A program made the position numbers and the translations under genes. From Octopus sinensis (taxonomy: Eukaryota): a stretch of DNA of 64,000 nucleotides. Below the pieces are notes generated by a model. It did not search any database, had not been told where the DNA came from, and saw only the letters and a program-made list of their open reading frames with translations. Shown here in pieces: positions 24,691-37,907 of the stretch; the stretch's first letter is position 1; each line of letters starts with the position of its first letter. The stretch lies in assembly GCF_006345805.1 (NCBI RefSeq), contig NC_043005.1, positions 10,726,001 through 10,790,000 of the forward strand, written 5' to 3'.

Positions 24691-25617
24691 ATTTGTTTTG
24701 TTCATTTTTTTTTTTTTTACTTGAATCTTCATCTTTAGAATGTCATTTATTAAAGTTACATTTTGGGTTTTGCATATTAAGACTGTTCTAATATGAACGC
24801 AATTCGTTGCTGATCTAATAATTCCTAATTTAATTTAATCTTAAAATTCCTATTGGGAAAAATTGGGGTTGGGGAGGATTTTTTTAGTTTTGGCTTGTGT
24901 GTTTGTAATTCCTTACTTTGTACTGTCACCAAGTCTATATCTCTGAAGATTTTTACTATTCATAAGTTAGTTACAAATCTATATTTCAATTGTTCAGGAT
25001 AAATATTAGTTTCCGTTAAGATTTATTCTCTCAGAAGTGACTTAACAACCTTGCTTTATTACTAATTGCATAGGTACAAGTTCTTACCTTACCTCAGCCT
25101 TGATGCTGTTTCTTCTTTTGTTAGCATCCTTTTTGTCTCGGGAGACAATAGAGTTGCACATAAAATAGTCTAGTCCGGCTTTTTCTTCTAAACTACACAT
25201 TATTCAACCTCTTTCAGTTTGTCCATGAAACAGTACTTACTTCAGAACTTGAATTACTAGCTGTAAATTTATCTTTGTTTTACCTATTTAATTGTAAAAT
25301 TCCTACCTAGTATGGAAGGCACAATTCTTGTGCAGTACTTAGTTATAGAATTGGGATACTACACATAATTTCTCTGTATCTTGTGTATCAGTTTCTGGTG
25401 AACATCATAAAGGTTCGAAATTGTTTACATATCTTTTTACATCTTTTCATGCTGCGTATAGTTTAGAGCATTTTACTCTTACATGTTATATGTGTATGTG
25501 TAAGCATGTATATGTACATACGTACATATATATATATATATATATATATGTCCTATACACATATCGTGGAGAGGTATTTAAATGTGTGTGGATGAATGTA
25601 TTTAAATATGCGTATAT

Positions 25618-25931
25618 ATCATCTTCATCATCATCATCATCGTTTAACGTCCATTCTCCATGCTAGCATGGGTTGGATGGTTCGACCGGGGATCTGGGAA
25701 GCCAGAAGGCTGTACCAGGCTCCAGTCTTTTCTGGCAATGTTTCTACAGCTGGATGCCCTTCCTAACGCCAACCACTCCGTGAGTGTAGTGGGTGCTTTT
25801 TACGTGCCACCCGCACAGGTGCCAGGCGAGGCTGGCAACGGCCATGGTCGGATTGGTGCTTTTTACGTGCCACTGGCACGGAAGCCAGTCGAGGCAGCAC
25901 TGGCTTCGGCCCAGCACTGGCTTTGGCCTAT
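25618..25931 (-). mobile_element. Family D element, two modules
   Basis: (CAT)n plus D core plus two GGTGCTTTTTACGTGCCAC repeats. Confidence 0.85.
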
Positions 25932-26139
25932 CTGTACATATATATGTATAAATAGGTATATATTTTGAAAGCATTTAATATAACCATTTCACATTAATTT
26001 CCTATTTTCTGTTGCACAGTAATCTGAAACCAATAGTAATTAAATGCTTTCTTATTACTTGGTTTGACTTCATTATTATACAGTGTGAAGAAATTGAAAG
26101 GCAGTTTCTGGTAGGATACAAAGTAAATTAGGAGATAAA

Positions 26140-26585
26140 TGAGATCTGTGGTAGAAAGTCAGGATGCTCAAACTCTGGGTGTATCAGAGCAAAGATTAGG
26201 ACCATACTGGTTGAGAAGATCGATATTGATAGACTGAGTATATAGGAGATTTATACCATAATGTGAGTGTAATGTTGTTTAGTTTTCCTGACTCTAAGGA
26301 GGGTCCAAAGATCCTGTCATCATCAAAATGGTGAGGAAAAACAAATCTGCCGGGCCAGATAGAATTGTCATTGAGATGATAAAAGCATTAGAAGAATATA
26401 GAATTAGAAAACTGACAAATGTAATAAATAAGATCTATGATAAGGGAAAATTTCCAGAAGATCCGAGTAAATCCATTTTTATTGCACTCCAAAGAAATGA
26501 GAAGTGGGGAGTGTGAACAACATCACATGATTAGTCTCATAAGTCATGTTACAAAGATCATTCTGAGGATGTTACTCTTGCAGAG
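26140..26585 (+). mobile_element. RTE-clade LINE fragment (start of RT domain)
   Basis: KSAGPDRIVIEMIKAL...LTNVINKIYDKGKFPED.SKSIFIAL, then after a frameshift CEQHHMISLISHVTKIILRML; resembles RTE KAPGPD...W..SIFIPLPK...YRTISLISH. Confidence 0.8.
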
Positions 26586-27772
26586 AAGGAGAAGAGTCTT
26601 AGGACAGGAAGCAGAAACATCACAACCATAATTTCTATGCTTTTGATGTGAAGAAAAAGAAGTTGGGGAGTCTCTTGGTGGACCTTTGTTGATTGCTTTT
26701 CAGAAATGCACCTGGTTTCCTTCCACGGTCAATCTCATAATATATTCAAATGCCATATAAGGCACACATCATTAAGCTACCACCATGGTGGATCTAATTT
26801 CTTATTATTCAGGGAGATAAAAATTGATAGGAGGGTAGAATAGAGGTTTGGACCAGCTTTTTCTTTGTGTTCTTTCTCATTACATAAGTAGTATGGTATA
26901 GTGAAAAGGAAATGTGGTGAGTGATATATAGGCAGGATTTGGATGAAATAGACAATAGGGGCTGAAGGTGAATACTTGGGTATAAAATAGGGAAAGACCT
27001 GAGTATAGATATTAATTATACATCTCAGGATCCACCATTACTTCATCATTATCAATACATTTGTCATGCAGTCCAGGTGGTTATGTCTTCTCCAGTATTG
27101 CAATCTCCACTACTTTGTCATCTGCCTACCTCAAAATCTCCTTTCTTCAGGTTCTGTCAGCCCTTAACACTTCTTTATACAGCTGTTGTCATCCATATTA
27201 CATCACATGTGCAGTCTTCTCTCTTGCACACTACATCTGATTTTTTAGCTCCATTTGTATTTTGTCATTCATTCACAGTAATGTCATACAACCAACAACA
27301 CATGCTCACTTTATTTATTTCTGGTCTTCAGCAATCCTCTATACTCATAACCCACATCTCACTGACGTACAACATCACACTTCATATATAAAGATATCAC
27401 TCACTCTACTCTTTATTCTAAAAGATATGTTATTTGTCACATGCAGAAGTAATAGCACTCTGAACTTGTTTCAACCCCTTCCAATTCTAGCTATTATTTG
27501 CCACTATATTTTCAGGACACCCACCCTGTTGTTAATTAGGCCATGTACATAAAACTATGCTATCGACTACTTCTAAGGAGCCTTCTGGGCATTTTAAGAG
27601 AATTATTTATGCATGTACTCTAAGTGTTTTTTGCTCAACTCCTGCCATATAGAAATTATACCTTTTCTTTTAGCTTGGCTGTATCTCTCTTGACCTTGTC
27701 TGTAGTTTACATAGGGTACACTTATGATATTTTTACCTAAGTCCTCTGCTGTCTTCTTCACTAGTTTTTATT

Positions 27773-28077
27773 CGGTGGCACATTAAAAGCACCATCCGTC
27801 CGTGGCCGTTTGCCAGCTCCGTCTGGCACGTGTGCGGGTGGCACGTAAAAAGCACCATCCATCCGTGGCCGTTTGCCAGCTCCGTCTGGCACCTGTGCGG
27901 GTGGCACGTAAAAAGCACCCACTACACTCACGGAGTGGTTGGCGTTAGGAAGGGCATCCAGCCGTAGATACACTGCCAGATCAGACTGGGCCTGATGCAG
28001 CCTTCTGGCTACACAGACCCCAGTTGAACCGTCCAACCCATGCTATCATGGAAAGTGGACGCTAAATGATGATGATC
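27773..28077 (+). mobile_element. Family D element, three modules
   Basis: GGTGGCAC(A/G)T(T/A)AAAAGCACC x3, D core, GATGATGAT tail. Confidence 0.87.
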
Positions 28078-28698
28078 TCTTGGTAATTTTTTTTTATGTC
28101 ATCATCCATACCATTGCATATCCATACCAACATGTTTGTGTCTCATGCACACTGCATCAGATTATTCTCAACTCATCTGCTTCGTTGTTCATGCACACTA
28201 ATGTTAGATACTCATCTGACCAAGCTTGTTTTTATTTCTCTCCCACTTTTGAAAAACCCTCTGCATTCTGTACCTACATGTTACTGACATGCAGTGTTAC
28301 ATGATAGGGAATCTTTTTGTTAGATGATGTAATGGTTCACCGAGTTTTATCCAGCTTGGTCTTATTTTGGCCACTGTACTTTGAAAACATGCTCCTTGAG
28401 TTGGGTACTCAGGTAGCTAAATTTTCTAGCAACATCTATGGCACTTTTCAAGTATTGGGAAGGGTAGACTTCACTAATACTCTATCAATTACGTGCATTG
28501 TGACATATAAAATGCATTTTCATTGTCAGCCTTCCTATATAATCCTTGTACATCTTGTGCATGCACACACCTCTTCAAGAACATTATATGGAACTTCTGC
28601 CTTTTTTCTTCTGTATATTATGCATGGCTATTTCCCTGGTGGTCCTGTCCTACCCTCATACCTCTTAATTCTAGGTTATGCTTCTTCTAAAATTTCTT

Positions 28699-28999
28699 GT
28701 ATCATCATCATCATCATTGTTTAACGTCCGCTTTCCATGCTAGCATGGGTTGGATGGTTCAACTGGGGGTCTGGGAAGCCCGAAGGCTGCACCAGGCCAG
28801 TCAGATCTGGCAGCGTTTCTAAAGCTGGATGCCCTTCCTAACGCCAACCACTCCGTGAGTGTAGTGGGTGCTTTTTATGTGCCACCCGCACAGGTGCCAG
28901 ACAGAGCTGGCAAACGGCCACGGACGGATGGTGTTTGTTGCGTGCCACCAGCACGGAGGCCAGTCGATGCAGTACTGGCTACGGCCGCGTTCGGATGGT
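28699..28999 (-). mobile_element. Family D element, inverted relative to the 27773 copy
   Basis: (CAT)n plus D core. Confidence 0.87.
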
Positions 29000-29954
29000 T
29001 TTCTTATCTCTCACAATATCCCTGATGAGTACTAGACCACCAGTATATAGAAGTTCCCATGGACAGCTTGTTTTAAAATCTTCAGTTTCAATAATAAATA
29101 GAAGAGAACTGAGCTTGGATGAATTCCTACCTGCACACAACATTCCTTACCGAACCCATTGTCAGTTCTCACATGGCTGACTGCTTCTCAGTACATATTG
29201 TGCAATGCTGTCATAAGCGAGTATTTCCAGTGAATACTTCGAGACCATTAGGCTACAGTTTGTGGTATCCTTGTCAAATACCTTCTCCTTATTAACAGAT
29301 TTTTGGAGAAATGTATTCTGAACTATATAATTCTCTTGTAGTTGTCTCACTAGGTAGAAAAACATCAGTAGCCCCTCAAGCTGCATCTAATCTAAGCTGA
29401 TTGTCTTCCGAATCTGGTGTGCTATGTAATTTTCTGTTATTTTTATAACTTGGTCTACCAGTTTGATAGACCAAGGTTCTTTCTAGAGCATCACCTTTGC
29501 TTTTATAGTAGCTGATAATACAGCTGTCAGATAATGGGTATATCATCTACCTGTATTACATGATTGACTAATTAGCTTGTGTACTACTTCTCTACATCTT
29601 TCACAAAATTTATCATATGTGTATCTACATAAGCACGTTCATTCGGTTGTTTTGTTTCTTTTATAAACAAAAATATGAATGAGAAATATTGAAATAAATT
29701 AAAATTTTAGAAAGCCTTTCGATGTGATAATCTATTGTACAGTAATGTAAATACATTCCTTCTGCAGTCTTGAAGTGTAAAAGAGAAAGAATGAATTTAC
29801 TTAATTATATAGTTCAAGCTAAAGGCTTTCTCATATTTAAATGAGAGAAACAGAAGTGTGTGTGTGTGTGTGTGCGCCTACATATACGTATGTATGTATA
29901 TATATATGTGTGTATTTTGTACTCATTTTAAGCTTTATGTTTTCCTGGGTTTAA

Positions 29955-30176
29955 CCCTTTTGTTACTGTATTTCTGTTAAGACTATCTGTGTTTCTTTCA
30001 ATTAATTTTAAATATAACAAAGAATTTAGTAAAATAACTTCGTTATCATTAAGCTAGTGTTAGGAACATAAATTGTGACTAAGGTTTGGTGGAAGATTTT
30101 AATTCAATACTTATGAAAACAAAACATTTGTACTACAGAGCCAGAACCGGTTTCAGCCGGGTTGGTAACAAAAGGG
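29955..30176 (+). mobile_element. TTAA/piggyBac-type MITE (family F)
   Basis: TTAA|CCCTTTTGTTAC ... GTAACAAAAGGG|TTAA; internal sequence shared with 48555 and 56695. Confidence 0.88.
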
Positions 30177-31174
30177 TTAAAGGTGTTATGCATTCTTTTG
30201 AGGAACAATCAGTAGATGCAAATTATTCATCCTTTTCCATCTCAGGCGTTAATTTTGGAGATGCTGGATAGCAACAAAGCATTTATAAAAAAATCGAGAT
30301 AGAACATACAAACATTGTATCAATTTCCATAAGTACACCTATTCAATTCAATATAAAATATTCGTTATAATGAGCGAAGGGGAAATAACCCACTGCTTGT
30401 ATCTAAGAGTTACTGACCTTCGAAGAAGTTTTGTATTTTTCTTGTCCCATGACAATTTTTTTTACATCCAGTTTTTCTGGATATGTTTAGTTGAAAGCTA
30501 TTGAAGACCTTGTTTATTTTTCTTTCCTGTTGTATCGTCCTTGTTTGTAATATTGTTTGCTTCTACTCGTTTGCTACTGCTTCACGTGTAAACTCAGTTC
30601 ATAAAATGTCCCACTTTCCCTATCTCCCTTCATCCTTAAAAACTTCTTTTTTGTTATTACATTGATGGTGATGGAATTTGTAGAAGTATGTGCTGTGCAA
30701 TGTAACAGTTTTTATTCATAATTTTCCCTTGTACAGTCATTCACTGACTCAGCTTCTTTCTCTCTCTTGCCTCTCTCTGTTCTTCTCTTCCTATAAAACA
30801 ATCGCTACTGTGTTACCCAGAAAAAACAGTTCATTTCTGTTTGCTTTGTGTTTTGCTCCTTTGCTCTGTCTCTCCTATATCTACAGCCTGCTCCTTAGAT
30901 TAACCTCCTGCATGCGCTTGTCTAATTTGAGATATTCAAGCCATTTAAGATTTCTTTTTTGTTTGGTTTGTAGTCAAAACTCTTTCTCTTGTTTTGTGCT
31001 TTTGTTCTGTGATACCTTCGTAAGGCTCCTACTGTTACTATGAAACATTGCTAAACACTTTGTAAGGCTCCTACTGTTACTATTTAACACTGCTAAACAC
31101 ATTGTGGTCGCTTCTCAAATAGTCAAGACTATATAGTATATTTAGTGGAGGGCTGATTAAGGATTTGTTTATAC

Positions 31175-31363
31175 TCTGGTGCTGGTGCCACATAAAAAGC
31201 ATCTAGTACACTCTGTAAAGTGGTTGGCATTAGGAAGGGCATCCAGCTGTAGAAACTAAGCCAAAACAAACTATGGAATCTGGTATGGCTCCTGGCCTTG
31301 CCTGTTCCAGCCAAGCTGTCCAACCCATGTCAGCAACTAAAATGAACATTAAGTGATGGTGAT
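31175..31363 (+). mobile_element. Family D element, degenerate
   Basis: GGTGCCACATAAAAAGCA...GGTTGGCATTAGGAAGGGCATCCAGCTGTAGAAAC...CCAACCCATG. Confidence 0.7.
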
Positions 31364-33823
31364 CACACATACACACACACCACGTGTGTGTATATATATA
31401 TATATATGTGTGTGTATATGTAAATAAATTAATATATATAATGTTCCCATCTTTGTCTTTGAAAAGTTTATTTGTTTGTATTTGTTTGTTGCTGCTCCCT
31501 ATTTAGCTTCTAAGGCTCAGGTGGTGTTTGCCCAAGGTATCATGTTTGCAAAGCAAGTGTCTTTACCACCCAGATATGCCTGAAAGCTTGCCATTGGAAC
31601 TTTCTAGTTTGACTGTGTGGAACCTCCTGAGGTTTGGAAATTGTCTCTTCTATAAGATTTTCAGTCTAGACCATTTTGTTTATAATCAAAATGGTTTGGG
31701 GGTCAAGGGAATAATGATTTATTCTGAAATCTATGACATAGATGTAATGGCATCAAATGAAATTTGGTTTGGGTATCTTAGCATCAATAGTTATTCCTTT
31801 GAGATTTTTTAATGGTGTTATCTTTTAGAAACCAGAAATAGCTTATCTTCATAACCACACATAATCATCTTGTTATTGCTTTTACATATTCATTCCAGTT
31901 CATTTTGTGAGCACAGAATGAAAAGGTGAATTACTGAATACTGTAAAATATATGAAAGTATGGAATGGTGATGGGCTTTTTTTCTGTCTTTTATTTGTGC
32001 TGCACTTTAATTAGAACCTTCATTGATCATCTTCAGATACACATATTTTCTTCTATATTATTACTGAAGCTAGAACTCGTATGTATATCTGATATCTGTT
32101 GTTGATAATGATGATAGCATTCAGGGTTATCCAAGAGTGTCTGCATTTCATTTACAAGAAACCTTTTACCTCTGTTTTCTACTCTTCTTTTATAATGCTG
32201 CTCCTAGATGAAATATGTCCCCATTCAGGCCCTTAGTGGCACACACTGTTCACACAAAGCATAGTTATGTTTCTAATTTTAGGAGTAAAATTATCAAAAT
32301 ATTTTGTAAAAAAAAATATTTTGGGGACTAAACCATTGAACTGGCTGTCACTTCTCATGTTTCTGATGTTTCACTCAATCTCAACTATATAGATTTTCTT
32401 AATGAAATAGGTATGTATGTTGTTTATGTTAGCCCCTGACGTTCTGAATTCAAATTTTGCCACAGTCACCTTGGCCTTTCAACTGTTTGTATTTCCAAAT
32501 CACTAAAGCTTTGTATCCTAAATAAAAACTCATTGTAGAAAAAAGATAGTTTTAGTTGGAGGAAACAACTGTGTGATATTACGGACAACTTCTCTGCTTG
32601 AAATTTGCTTTCGATGTTATCCCTCCACCTTCCACAGTAATTTACCCTTGACGCGAGTTCAGCTTTGTAAGTTACCTTTAATCGTTCACTACAGAGTTGC
32701 GCCGAAGAGTTATTTCCCCTTTCAGATTTAATGGTTTTTTTTTATAAGCATTCTCAACCCTCCCAAGCTTCCTTGTAGGTATTTCAATTTTCTGACCTAT
32801 CTGACTCGGTCTGGCGGAAAGTGTTGCATGTAGTTGTAAAGTTGAAATTGATATCAAAAGATATAGACTAGACATATGAAGTAACAAGAATGATTATCTA
32901 GTAGTAAATATGTCATCTGTATCTCATTTACAAAAATTAACAATACTGACATAATTAAACATGTACCTGGCTGTGTGTATTTGTGTCGTAAGTGCTTTTT
33001 ATCCCATCATTTGCATTTATCATTTTCGTATTATTCATTAAGTTTTAACTTAAAAGCTTCAAGTGATATCATTTTAAGCATTTCTCAGATAGTTACTATT
33101 AAAATCCTAAGGAACTTGTTCACTACATACAAACTATTTTGCAGTTATATTTAACGCAAATATCTTTCCAACCCCTGTTTTCCAGTTTTTAATTGCAACT
33201 CTATGGTAATCACAAATTAACGTTCTTTGTCTTTATTGCCTTTCATCAATCACTGGGAAGAGAGAAATATGTGCTTGTATGTGGTTGTATATATGTATGT
33301 GGTGCTAATTTCTTCTTTTGTCTCTAACCAGTCATCATTGAATAGACCTAAAGGGAAAGGTGTTCCACCTATGACCAATCTATTTTGTTTGCAGGCAGTA
33401 AAACTTACTTCTCTCTATAAAACAGTAGGGTGTAATTTGTGGGAGCTTTGACTTCTATTTACAGCAGATCAGCCAACCATATTGATACACCTTTATTCTC
33501 TTGCTTCTAATTTGTTTCAACTTACTGGTGAAGTGAGCTATTGATATATTGTCTTTAGAAATATTTCATTATGGAGATTCAGTCAATTGCTTCTCTGATA
33601 AACTTGTAGAAACGCTTATTCCAAAGTTATCAATTTCAGTTGTTTTTATGTTTCACATGTGTCAATTCAGGAAAATGGTCTGCATCAAGTTTATGATAAA
33701 ATCAATGTATTTTATCATATCTCCATTGTTTTGGATTTGAAATGTCTCCATTATTTTAATCTGAAAGTGTGAGAATTATTGCCTAATATTTAATGTTCTG
33801 TTTTCTTTTTCTTTTCATTCCAG

Positions 33824-34000
33824 GAATGCCTGAAGGCTACCCTAGAATTACTGACCACCCATCATTAAAGGCTGTGGAGAAAGATAGGAATACTATCTTA
33901 CAATGCCATGCAAAAGGGGAGCCAAAGCCTTCAATAATTTGGTTAAGAGATTTCATCCCAGTTGACCTCAGCAATCCACGTTTAACTTTACTTGAAGGGG
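33824..34000 (+). CDS. Lar: LAR-type receptor protein tyrosine phosphatase, exon encoding the N-terminal part of Ig2
   Basis: Polypyrimidine tract and CAG acceptor (33821-33823), donor G|GTGAGT at 34001, phase 1/1. Translation xMPEGYPRITDHPSLKAVEKDRNTILQCHAKGEPKPSIIWLRDFIPVDLSNPRLTLLEG resembles LAR/PTPRD Ig2 (GFP..P.LK.VE..R...M.C.A.GNP.P.I.W.KDF.PVD). Confidence 0.93.
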
Positions 34001-34965
34001 GTGAGTGCAGTTATTGTTCCCTCATCCTATATTTAGTATTTGTTGTTGTTTTAATGAAGTTTAAAAAAATGGAAAAACTTAAATGATTTTTATACTTATC
34101 TGAGATTCTATCACATTATTGAAGTAAAAGCATATAGGAAATTTAAAATTTTCAATGTATCGAAATCTTTAACTCCACTTGAAATGTGTGTGTGCGTGAT
34201 TGTATGTATGTATGTGTGTGAGTGTGTAGTGCGTGAGTGTATTCTCTGATAAACCTTTTTGCACTTGGTGATAAGATAAATCCCTTGTTTGTGTTGCTTG
34301 TATTATTGCCTTGCTTTTCAAACTTATATAAGTTGACTTTTGTTAAATCGACAGATTTTAGATATCTAAAACTTTAGACACCCTCACTTTTTCCTTACCA
34401 ATTATGAAATAATTAATGCTTTTTCTTTTTTTTTTTTCTCTCTTTTTTTTTGCACATTTTATTCAATTGTTTCAACATCAAAATTCATAATTTTCTTTGT
34501 TATAAATTGCTTGCAGTATGGTCACATTACATATTAAATTCATGTTTTTTTTTAAAATCTATATTTCTGTGAATTTGCACCCAAAACTGTTTATTTCTCA
34601 CAACTTCTTAGAATTTACAATCTAATTGTAATTAGATTGAATTACATTGATTTAAATTTTAATTATTTTGTTAAGTCTAGTTCATTTCATTTTCATTAAA
34701 TTATATAAATAACATAGGAAATAAAGCAAGAACAAAATCTTCTCCCATCTAATTTAGATCTTGACTTATATTGTAACATATAGGATAATATATCCTATAA
34801 TTATGCAAATATGTATATTTTTATATTATTTTCGTTTTATTTTTATTGTTGACAACAATACCTATATCTCTAAAATAAGAAAGTTAGTCATGTAAATTTG
34901 TTACTTTTTTAACAATAAAGTGATGATTAAGTTCTGACAAATTATTGTTAATAATTTAGTTATCT

Positions 34966-35122
34966 AAGGTGACGATATGTCAGAATCGGTAGCATGCTGG
35001 GCAAAATGGTTAGCTGCATTTCGTCCATCTTTATGTTCTGTGTTCAAGTTCCACTGAAGTGAACTTTGCTTTTTTTCCTTTCCGAGCCAATAAAATAAGT
35101 AGCAGTTGAGAGCTGGGGTCGG
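34966..35122 (+). mobile_element. SINE family B, 5' part, degenerate
   Basis: CAGAATCGGTAGCATGCTGGGCAAAATG...TTCAAGTTCCACTGA...AAAATAAGTAGCAGTTGAG..CTGGGGTCG. Confidence 0.65.
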
Positions 35123-35213
35123 TACTTAAAAATTTGAGTAAAAGGATATAAAGATGATAAAAAGTAAAATAAAGATAATAAAAAGTAAAATAAAGATATT
35201 AAAAAGTAAAATA

Positions 35214-35375
35214 GGCGCAGGAGTGGCTGTGTGGTAAGTAGCTTGCTAACCAACCACATGGTTCCGGGTTCAGTCCCACTGTGTGACATCTTGGGCAAGT
35301 GTCTTCTACTATAGCCCTGGGCTGACCAATGCCTTGTGAGTGGATTTGGTAGACGGAAACTGAAAGAAGCCTGTC

Positions 35376-35407
<32 letters not shown>

Positions 35408-35620
35408 GTATGTGTGTGTTTGTGTGTCTGTGTTTGTCCCCCTAGCATTGCTTGACAACCGATGCTGGTGTGTTTACGTCCCTGTCACTTAGTGGTTCGG
35501 CAAAAGAGACCGATAGAATAAGTACTGGGCTTACAAAAGAATAAGACCCGGGGTCGAGTTGCTCGACTAAAGGCAGTGCTCCAGCATGGCTGCAGTCAAA
35601 TGACTGAAACAAGTAAATGA
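35214..35620 (+). mobile_element. SINE family C, full length
   Basis: tRNA-like head GGAGTGGCTGTGTGGTAAG...GGTTCAGTCCCAC; central (TA)n(TG)n; 3' ...GACTGAAACAAGTAAA. Confidence 0.88.
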
Positions 35621-36100
35621 AAGCAAAATAAACTTATTGCTTACATTGCTTCTTACAAAATCATATTTGCTTTGCTCCCCTGCAACATCATGATGGAGTC
35701 ATAGAGACTTTATTATCTTATACAAGTCTTGGGCATTAGTACACCTGGTCGTACCTAGTGCTCTCTAGTTATGATTGTAGTCTATTCTTTCAGAAAATAA
35801 AAATAAAAAAGAAGTTGAGAGCAAGAGGTAATGGACCCCAGTGCAGAGCTGCTACTTTATTTATTGACTCCAAAATGATGAAAGGAAATGTTAACTGTAG
35901 TAAGGTTTGAACTCAGATTATGAGGCGAGCTAGAATGATCACTGCAGAGTAATCTATTCAACACTCTTCTGATTGCCAAATGGCTACCTCAAAATTATAT
36001 TTACTTAATTAATGTTGGAGACACTCTAAATTACACTATTTTATCCAAAATCTTCATGAATACTATTTAATTGAAAAACTCTTAAACTGAAACTGTAATT

Positions 36101-36483
36101 GGAAGCAGTCCGTCGGTTACGACGACGAGGGTTCCGGTTGATCCGAATCAACGGAACAGCCTGCTCGTGAAATTAACGTGTAAGTGGCTGAGCACTCCAC
36201 AGACACGTGTACCCTTAACGTAGTTCTTGGGGATATTCAGCGTGACTCAGAGAGTGACAAGGCCGGCCCTTTGAAATACAGGTACAACAGAAACAGGAAG
36301 AAAGAGTGAGAGAAAGTTGTGGTGAAAGAGTACAGCAGGGATCACCACCATCCCCTGCCAGAGCCTCGTGGAGCTTTAGGTGTTTTCGCTCAATAAACAC
36401 TCACAACGCCCGGTCTGGGAATCGAAACCGCGATCCTATGACCGCAAGTCCACTGCCCTAACCACTGGGCCATTGCGCCTCCA
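36101..36483 (-). mobile_element. SINE family A (tail A1)
   Basis: Near-identical to 15640-16027. Confidence 0.9.
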
Positions 36484-36983
36484 ATGTGAAACTCCAATGT
36501 GAAGCATAGTAAGGAAAAAAGGGATTAACTTAATGTCACTAGATGTTTAGAATTAAATTTTAAAATGTTTAAATAATATAGTTGTAAGGCTGGTACCAGT
36601 AAGATATGATGTGTGAAAAGCAATCATAAATTTGCAAATGTTTTAAATTCTCAACTAGGGTTTTAAAATTATAGTAATAGATCGTTGTAATCATAGTTAT
36701 AGAAGTGAAATGGTCAATAACATTGCTCACTTTTAACTAGGGGTCCATAATAATTCCATCTAGTGAAATTATATCTAAACTTGTGTCTACTTATTTTAGT
36801 AATTTAATATCTGTGCTATGTAATATCCATTTATAGCAAATAAAAATAATCACAATGACACTTCTGTGATGTTTGAAAAATTTCTTTTTAGGCTAGGAAC
36901 ATTGAAAGCTTTAAAAGCAGCTGTGTTATCATTGTGAAAGGTAGTTTGCTGCTTAAAACAGAGCATGGATAATTAGCTTTTAA

Positions 36984-37212
36984 CCCTTTAACTGTGAAAA
37001 TTACATTTCATTGTCATTTTAGTTATGATGTTAAATGTCTACCTAAAAAATGGAACTGATATTGTCTGCAAGTAATGTTGCCTTGATAAACTTGACATAT
37101 CTCAACAATAAATGGTTTCAAACTCAACAAAATATAGATTTGCATATAAAACTGCTTCCCGCAGTTTAGGGCAATGAAATTTTGAGAGGATCTGATTTCT
37201 GCAGTAAAAGGG
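36984..37212. mobile_element. TTAA/piggyBac-type MITE, third family
   Basis: TTAA|CCCTTTAACTG ... CAGTAAAAGGG|TTAA; internal sequence unrelated to family F. Confidence 0.7.
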
Positions 37213-37833
37213 TTAATCACTCACATTATCCAATTTCCGATTAAAACCTCCAGCTTACCCTTAATTTTCATCACCACTTCATTAACATTTGATTGAAAAC
37301 AAACAGTTTTTTTTAATCATTTTTGAAACGTCTTCTGTTATAATGAGCAAGCAAGTGCATGAATAGTGCGTATTTTTACTGACACTCTATTTTAATCTGC
37401 AAATTTATATGATGAGGAGTTAAGATAAATGAATAGGATTTGTTAAGATATATTGCGAGAACTATCAAAGTTTTGTCCCTTAGTAACAGGTGTTGTCTCC
37501 CCTTTTTTTATTTCTGGTGCGGTGGAGGATACACAGGGCAATAACTCCTCTTTGATATAATTGCTTGTGGCATTTCTCCAGAAATTGATTGAATTGAAAA
37601 ACATTTTCAGTTTAGTAATAAGTAAAAAAAAAAATTCATAATAATAATAATGATAATTGGCCTGTTTATTAATTAGTATTTTAATATTTATTTAAATTTC
37701 CCACAGACTATATTTACTTAATGGTGGAATCCAGTAGGTGTCACATAGTAAATTTCACATGTATCCTCTACAACACACCCCTTTGCTATGTTATGAAATA
37801 TTGACATTCCAAATTAGAATCTTACGAAACAGA

Positions 37834-37907
<74 letters not shown>

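Larger units (their letters stand above)
27060..29640 (-). mobile_element. Fragmented RTE-clade LINE, same family as 9030-10290, interrupted by two D elements
   Basis: Minus strand: VQVGIHPSSVL..FII...FKTSCPWELLYTGGLVL (about 29015-29160; YADD decayed), KFSYLST...KIRPSWIKLGE (about 28330-28440), and a C-terminal segment at 27060-27500 similar to 9400-9790. Confidence 0.65.

Noticed and set aside
29022-29060. CTGATGA as a second hammerhead core
   Set aside because: No correctly placed GAAA; it is the antisense of the RTE LVLIR coding segment.
31015-31100. Short two- or three-copy tandem duplications (42-bp unit here; also 35150-35212, 38590-38650, 57260-57310, 62668-62785)
   Set aside because: Ordinary slippage-type duplications with no further structure.
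34001-34086. Read-through after the first exon gives a hydrophobic stretch plus basic tail resembling a membrane anchor
   Set aside because: Would truncate Ig2 before its second cysteine; T-rich intron starts often translate as hydrophobic; strong GTGAGT donor present.
34380-34525. Long AG-free pyrimidine zone ending TGCTTGCAG in the meA-position intron, resembling a neural microexon acceptor
   Set aside because: Next GT gives a 4-nt frameshifting exon with a poor donor (GTCACA); no in-frame partner found.
35794-35827. CAG...GAG|GTAATG candidate small exon in the meA-position intron
   Set aside because: 34 nt, not frame-preserving, and overlaps a decayed SINE B tail.
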